Source: an uncultured Acidobacteriota bacterium (GTDB taxonomy: Bacteria > Acidobacteriota > Thermoanaerobaculia > UBA5066 > Gp7-AA6). From it: 64,000 bases of DNA. Position 1 is the first letter of the stretch, and every line of letters begins with the position of its first letter. This document shows, in pieces, positions 56,032 to 64,000 of the stretch. The notes below the pieces were generated by a model. The model was not told the origin of the DNA and searched no databases. It was given only the letters and a program-made list of their open reading frames with translations. Made by a program: the position numbers and the translations under genes. The stretch is taken from assembly GCA_963776755.1 (NCBI GenBank), contig CAVZNW010000002.1, forward strand, positions 269,733 to 333,732, written 5' to 3'.

Positions 56032-56458
56032 ATGTTGATGCCTTCGAAGGTCAAGTATCAGAAAGCAGCAGCGCGGCCGCATGCGGGGCAAGGCCTACCG
56101 CGGCGGCGAGCTCGCGTTCGGCGACATCGGCCTCCAGGTGCTCGAGCCCGGCTGGATCACCGCGCGGCAGATCGAGGCCGGCCGCATCGCGATGACGCGC
56201 GCCGTCAAGCGCGGCGGCAAGATCTGGATCCGGATCTTCCCGGACAAGCCGTACACGAAGAAGCCCGCCGAGACGCGCATGGGCAAGGGCAAGGGCGCGC
56301 CGGAGGGCTGGGTCGCCGTGGTCAAGCCCGGCCGCATCCTCTACGAGATGGAGGGCGTCGACTTCGCCACGGGCAAGGAGGCGCTCGATCTCGCGGCCGA
56401 CAAGCTCGGCCTGAAGACGCGCATGGTGACCCGCGCGTCCGAGATGGAGATCCGATGA
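56032..56458 (+). CDS. rplP: 50S ribosomal protein L16
   Basis: [35 protein letters not shown] and PGRILYE. Confidence 0.96.
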
Positions 56459-56673
56459 AGAAGAAGGAACGCGAGACGCTCGCCCAGCAGGAGCGACGCG
56501 GACCTCGCCGAGAAGGAGAAGCAGCTGCGAGGAGGCGTCCTGGAAGCTGCGGCTCCAGAAGTCGACGGGGCAGCTCGAGAACCCGAGCCGGCTGCGGACG
56601 ATCCGGCGCGACATCGCGCGCGTCAAGACGTACCAGCGGGCGCTGGAGCTGAAGGCGGAGGCAGGTCAAGTGA
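56455..56673 (+). CDS. rpmC: 50S ribosomal protein L29
   Basis: [21 protein letters not shown], between rplP and rpsQ. Confidence 0.9.
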
Positions 56674-56943
56674 GCGAAACGGTCGAAGCACGAAGAGCCG
56701 CGCGACGAAGATCGGTCGCGTGGTGTCCGACAAGATGCACAAGACGATCGTCGTCGAGGTGGAGCGCCGCGTGCAGCACGCGCGAGTACACGCGGACGAT
56801 CAAGCGGACGAGCCGCTTCCACGCCCACGACGAGGCGAACGCGGCCAAGGTCGGCGACCGCGTCCGGATCGAAGAGACGCGGCCGCTCTCGAAGCTGAAG
56901 CGCTGGCGGCTGTCGCGAAATCCTCGTGAAGGCGCAGGCGTAG
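56670..56943 (+). CDS. rpsQ: 30S ribosomal protein S17
   Basis: [37 protein letters not shown]. Confidence 0.93.
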
Positions 56944-56953
56944 GGAGAACGCC

Positions 56954-57332
56954 ATGATCCAGATGGGAACCATCCTCGAGGTGGCCGACAATTCCGGGCG
57001 CGCGCAAGATCGCCTGCATCCGGATGCGCGGCGGCTCGGCCGGCCAGTACGCCGGCCTCGGCGACATCATCACCGCCTCGGTCAAGGAGGCGGCTCCCGA
57101 CTCGCCGTTCGTCGAGAAGCACGGCAAGCGCGTCGTGCGGGCGGTGATCGTCCGCACGCGGCGCAAGCACCGGCGCAAGGACGGCTCGTACATCCGCTTC
57201 GACGACAACGCGGCGGTCCTGATCTCCAACGAGGGCGAGCCGATCGGGACGCGCGTGTTCGGCCCGGTGGCCCGCGAGCTGCGCGAGAAGAAGTTCATGA
57301 AGATCATCTCGCTCGCACCGGAAGTGCTGTGA
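56954..57332 (+). CDS. rplN: 50S ribosomal protein L14
   Basis: [34 protein letters not shown] and [13 protein letters not shown]. Confidence 0.96.
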
Positions 57333-57664
57333 TGAAGCAAGCCGAAGCCCAAGCTGAAGAAGAACGACACGGTGGTCGTGATCGCGGGCAAGGACCGGGG
57401 CCGGCAGGGCCAGATCCTGCGCGTGCTCCCGGCGAAGGGCCGCGTGATCGTCGAGCGCGTCAACATGATCAAGCGGCACACGCGGCCCGAACCCGGCCAA
57501 GAACATCGCCGGCGGGATCTCGGAGAGGGAAGCCGCGATCCACATCTCCAACGTGATGCTCGTCGACCCGGACCGCAACGTCGCGAACGCGGATCGGCCG
57601 CCGCCGCGACGCGGAGGGCAACCCGGAGCGCGTCGCCAAGAAGAGCGGCGCGGTGCTCGCGTAG
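57332..57664 (+). CDS. rplX: 50S ribosomal protein L24
   Basis: [26 protein letters not shown] and IHISNVML. Confidence 0.93.
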
Positions 57665-57684
57665 CAGAAGCGAAACGAACGACA

Positions 57685-58230
57685 ATGGCAGCGAGACTCA
57701 AAGAACGGTACGTCAAGGAAGTCGCCCCGGCTCTGAAGAAGGAGTTCGGGATCGACAACGTCATGGCCGATTCCGCGGATCGAGAAGATCGTCCTGAACA
57801 TGGGCCTCGGCGAGGCCGTCGCCGAACCCCAAGATGCTCGACGGCGCGGCCGAGGAGCTGTCGTCGATCGCCGGCCAGCGCGCCATCGTGACGAAGGCGA
57901 AGAAGTCGATCGCGACGTACAAGCTGCGCGACCGGGATGCCGATCGGCGCGCGGGTGACGCTGCGCGGCGACCGGATGTGGGAGTTCCTCGACCGGCTGA
58001 TCAACATCGCCCTGCCGCGCGTGCGCGACTTCCGCGGCGTGTCGCGCAAGGCGTTCGACGGCCGGGGCAACTACACGCTCGGCGTGCGGGACCACTTCAT
58101 CTTCCCGGAGATCGACTACGCGAAGACCGACAAGTCGAAGGGACTGAACGTGACGATCGTGACGACGGCGGGACGGGACGACCGGGCGAAGGCGCTGCTG
58201 GCCGAGCTCGGCATGCCGTTCGCCAAGTAG
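57685..58230 (+). CDS. rplE: 50S ribosomal protein L5
   Basis: [36 protein letters not shown] and [10 protein letters not shown]. Confidence 0.96.
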
Positions 58231-58249
58231 GCAGACAGGACGACAGACG

Positions 58250-58435
58250 ATGGCCACACGTGCAATGCGAATCAAGGCGGCGAGGAAGCCGAAGTTCATG
58301 ACGCGGACGGTCCGCCGCTGCCGCGTCTGCGGCCGGCCGCGGAGCGTCCTCCGCAAGTTCGGCCTGTGCCGCATCTGTTTCCGTCAGAACGCCAACCAGG
58401 GGTACATCCCGGGCGTTCTGAAGGCTTCGTGGTGA
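58250..58435 (+). CDS. rpsN: 30S ribosomal protein S14, Zn-binding type Z (61 aa)
   Basis: Intact ORF with [20 protein letters not shown] and IPGVLKASW. Confidence 0.96.
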   Translation: MATRAMRIKAARKPKFMTRTVRRCRVCGRPRSVLRKFGLCRICFRQNANQGYIPGVLKASW

Positions 58436-58440
58436 GCGCG

Positions 58441-58844
58441 ATGAAAACGAGCGATCCGCTGAGCGACCTGTTCGACCCGCCTGCGCAACGGCATGCGCGC
58501 CGGCCACGACCGCGTGGACGTGCCCGCCTCGCGCCTGAAGGAGGCCGTCCTGAAGGTCCTCGAGGAGGAGGGCTTCATCGCCTCCTACCGCAAGGTGCAG
58601 GAGGACGGGCGGCCCGGTCCTGCGCGTCGGCCTCAAGTACGACCACGAGGGCGAGCCGATCGTGTCGGGCATCGAGCGCGTCTCGCGGCCCGGGCCGCCG
58701 CGTCTACGCGAAGGCCGACGCGATTCCCGCAGGTCCTCGGCGGCCTCGGCGTGTCGATCGTCTCGACGTCGCAGGGCATCGTGACCGGACCAGGCGGCGC
58801 GACAGTCGCGCCTGGGCGGCGAAGTCCTCTGCAACGTCTGGTGA
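58441..58844 (+). CDS. rpsH: 30S ribosomal protein S8
   Basis: [38 protein letters not shown] and GGEVLCNVW. Confidence 0.94.
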
Positions 58845-58860
58845 GGAGAGGAGCACAGTC

Positions 58861-59410
58861 GTGTCGCGTATAGGAAAAATGCCGGTCGACGATCCCCAAG
58901 GGGGTCGAGGTCAAGGCGGACGGCGGAACGGTCCGCGTCAAGGGGCCCGAAGGGCGAGCTCGTCGAGCGCCATCCCGGCCGGGTCTGACCGTGTCCGTCG
59001 CCGACGGCCAGGTGAAGATCGCCCGCGGCATCGGACGAGCCGCACGCGCGCGCCGTGCCACGGCCTCCTGCGCAGCCTCGTGGCCAACACGGTCGAGGGC
59101 GTCACGAAGGGCTTCACCCGCGAGCTCGAGATCTCGGGCGTCGGCTACAAGGCCGAGGTCAAGGGCAAGTCGGTCGTCTTCTCGCTCGGCTACTCGCACC
59201 CGGTCGACTTCCCGATCCCCGAGGGGATCGCGATCGCGATCGACGCCAAGGCCGGGCAAGATGACGGTCACGGGCGCCGACAAGCAGAAGGTCGGCCAGA
59301 CGGCGGCGGAGATCCGCAAGCTCCGCGTGCCCGACCCGTACAAGGCCAAGGGAATCAAGTACGCCAACGAAGTGATCCGGCGCAAGGTCGGCAAGGCCGG
59401 CGGGAAGTAA
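58861..59410 (+). CDS. rplF: 50S ribosomal protein L6
   Basis: [27 protein letters not shown] and [11 protein letters not shown]. Confidence 0.95.
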
Positions 59411-59412
59411 TC

Positions 59413-59786
59413 ATGAACCGATCGCAAGCACGCACGGAAGCGCGGCGACGAGGTCCGCCTGCCGGATCCGCGCAGAGGGTCCGCGGCGCCGCGGAGCGGC
59501 CGCGGCTGGCCGTCTTCAAGAGCGGCCGCCACATCTACGCCCAGGTCATCGACGACGGCCAGGGCGCGACGCTCGCGCACGCCTCGTCGCTCGACGCGGG
59601 CCTGCGCAAGGACGGGCCGAAGGGCGGCTCGCGCGAGGCCGCCGGCAAGGTCGGCGACGCTCGTCGCCGAGCGCGCGAAGAAGGCCGGCGTCACCAAGGT
59701 CGTCTTCGACCGCGGCGGCTATCGCTACCACGGCAGGGTCAAGGCCCTCGCCGACGCCGCCCGCGCAGGGCGGCCTGGAGTTCTAG
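59413..59786 (+). CDS. rplR: 50S ribosomal protein L18
   Basis: [38 protein letters not shown] and GLEF. Confidence 0.95.
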
Positions 59787-59813
59787 AGTCGTGGGCACGA
59801 CGGGGAGAACGCG

Positions 59814-60368
59814 ATGAGCAGCAACCGGGGCCCGAGGGCGCCGCGCGAGCGCGAGAAAGAGCGGGACGCGCAGGGGCGCGAGCTCATCGACCGCGTCGTC
59901 CACATCAACCGCGTGACGAAGGTCGTCAAGGGCGGCAAGAACTTCTCGTTCTCGGCGCTCGTCGTCGTCGGCGACGGCCAGGGCCGGGTCGGCTACGGCT
60001 CGGGCAAGGCCAAGGAAGTCCCGATGGCCATCAAGAAGGGGATCGAGATGGCCAAGAAGAACATGCAGAAGGTCTCGCTGAAGGGAACGACGATCCCGCA
60101 CGCGGTCATCGGCGTCTACGGCGCGGGCCGCGTGCTGCTGAAGCCGGCCGCGGCCGGCACGGGCGTCATCGCGGGCGGACCGGTGCGCGCGGTCCTCGAG
60201 TCGGTCGGCATCCAGGACATCCTGACGAAGTCGCTGCGGACGACCAACCCGCACAACGTCATCAAGGCGACGTTCGACGGGCTGCTGCGCCTGCAGGAAC
60301 GAGGACGAGATCGCGCAGCGCGGCGGGGCCGCACCGGCGGCCGAGCCCGCGCGGAGGAGAAGGCGTGA
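59814..60368 (+). CDS. rpsE: 30S ribosomal protein S5
   Basis: [31 protein letters not shown] and [15 protein letters not shown]. Confidence 0.96.
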   Translation: MSSNRGPRAPREREKERDAQGRELIDRVVHINRVTKVVKGGKNFSFSALVVVGDGQGRVGYGSGKAKEVPMAIKKGIEMAKKNMQKVSLKGTTIPHAVIGVYGAGRVLLKPAAAGTGVIAGGPVRAVLESVGIQDILTKSLRTTNPHNVIKATFDGLLRLQERGRDRAARRGRTGGRARAEEKA

Positions 60369-60597
60369 CCGAGACGGGCAAGGCGCCGAGAAGGCGGACG
60401 CGAAGGAAGGGTCGGCAAGGGCCGCCTCGACGATCACGCTCGTCAAGAGCGGCATCTGCACGCCGAAGGACCAGAAGGCGACGCTCGTGGGCCTCGGGTT
60501 CGGCCGCATCGGCAGGAGCGTCGTGCGCGAGGACTCGCCGGCGGTGCGCGGCATGATCCGCAAGGTCCGCCACCTCGTCGAAGTGACGAAGGGCTAA
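60365..60597 (+). CDS. rpmD: 50S ribosomal protein L30 with a short N-terminal extension
   Basis: [37 protein letters not shown]. Confidence 0.9.
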
Positions 60598-60602
60598 CGA
60601 TC

Positions 60603-61248
60603 ATGGTCGAGAAGAAGAAGACGACGACGAAGCCGCGGCTCCGGCCGGCGAAGAAGCCGGCCGCAAGGCGGCCGCGGCGAAGGCCGCTCGCGAAGGCGGC
60701 GGCGAAGGCCGCGCGGCTCCGGCCCGACGCCGAAGGCTCCGGCCGCCGCGCGCCCGCCGCGGCCGCAGAAGAAGGCGGCCGCCGGCGGCCGCGCGTCCCG
60801 CGGCGACGGGCGTCCACGACCTGGCGCCCGGCCGCCGGGCGCGACGCACTACCGCAAGCGCGTCGGCCGCGGCCCGGGCTCGCGGCCACGGCAAGACCGC
60901 CGGCCGCGGCAACAAGGGCCAGAAGTCGCGCTCCGGCTACCGGCACCAGCGCGGCTTCGAGGGCGGCCAGATGCCGCTCCACCGCCGGGTGCCCAAGCGC
61001 GGCTTCACCAACATCTTCCGCGTCGAGTACGACATCGTCAACCTCTCCGACCTCGACCGGTTCGAGGCCGGCGCGACCGTCACGCCGGAGACGCTGGCCG
61101 CGGCGCGGCTCGCGCGCAAGAGCCGTCCGGTCAAGATCCTCGGCGACGGCGAGATCAAGAAGGCTCTGACGGTGTCGGCCCACAAGTTCTCGGCGTCGGC
61201 GAAGGCCCGGATCGAGGCGGCCGGCGGCCGCTGCGAGGTGCTGTCCCG

Positions 61249-61252
<4 letters not shown>
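60603..61252 (+). CDS. rplO: 50S ribosomal protein L15 with an Ala/Lys/Pro-rich N-terminal extension of about 65-70 aa
   Basis: The core ([50 protein letters not shown]) starts only at about 60809. Confidence 0.93.

Positions 61253-64000
<2,748 letters not shown>

Overview
This 64 kb window is very GC-rich bacterial DNA, most likely Acidobacteriota and probably class Thermoanaerobaculia. That is an inference from the 8-Cys insertion in RpoB and the Cys-containing SLH repeats. The sequence has many single-base indels in patches, including in essential genes (rpoB, rpoC, fusA, tuf, ribosomal proteins). I treat these as long-read errors and report genes as reconstructed across frames, so boundaries are approximate. 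There are four blocks. (1) 1-8372: tail of a surface-glycan cluster (CapK/PaaK-like ligase, nucleotide-sugar dehydrogenase, GT4, methyltransferase, DegT aminotransferase, phosphoglycosyl transferase, CapD/PglF dehydratase). (2) 8433-24387: five secreted modular proteins arranged divergently around a methyltransferase and an atypical LuxR-HTH regulator. Three are beta-helix paralogs on the minus strand and two are PQQ glucose/sorbosone-dehydrogenase paralogs on the plus strand; four of the five carry triple SLH anchors and Pro/Thr stalks of very different length. (3) 24496-33325: rplM-rpsI-rpsB-tsf-pyrH-frr, an FAD oxidoreductase, a GT-C-like membrane protein and ispD-ispF-rlmB. (4) 33446-64000: tRNA-Thr/Tyr/Gly/Thr-tuf-rpmG-tRNA-Trp-secE-nusG-rplKAJL-rpoBC, then the str, S10 and spc operons through secY-adk-map. 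The best candidate for an undescribed system is block 2. The regulator has a degenerate receiver domain but a LuxR-like recognition helix. A lux-box-like palindrome (ACCTGT-N8-ACAGGT) lies upstream of it, and the same CCTGTCC half-site recurs about 60 nt upstream of two of the SLH-anchored paralogs. A second unexplained signal is that both tuf copies switch to G-ending codons, unlike their neighbours. I found no CRISPR array, IS, integrase or phage gene.
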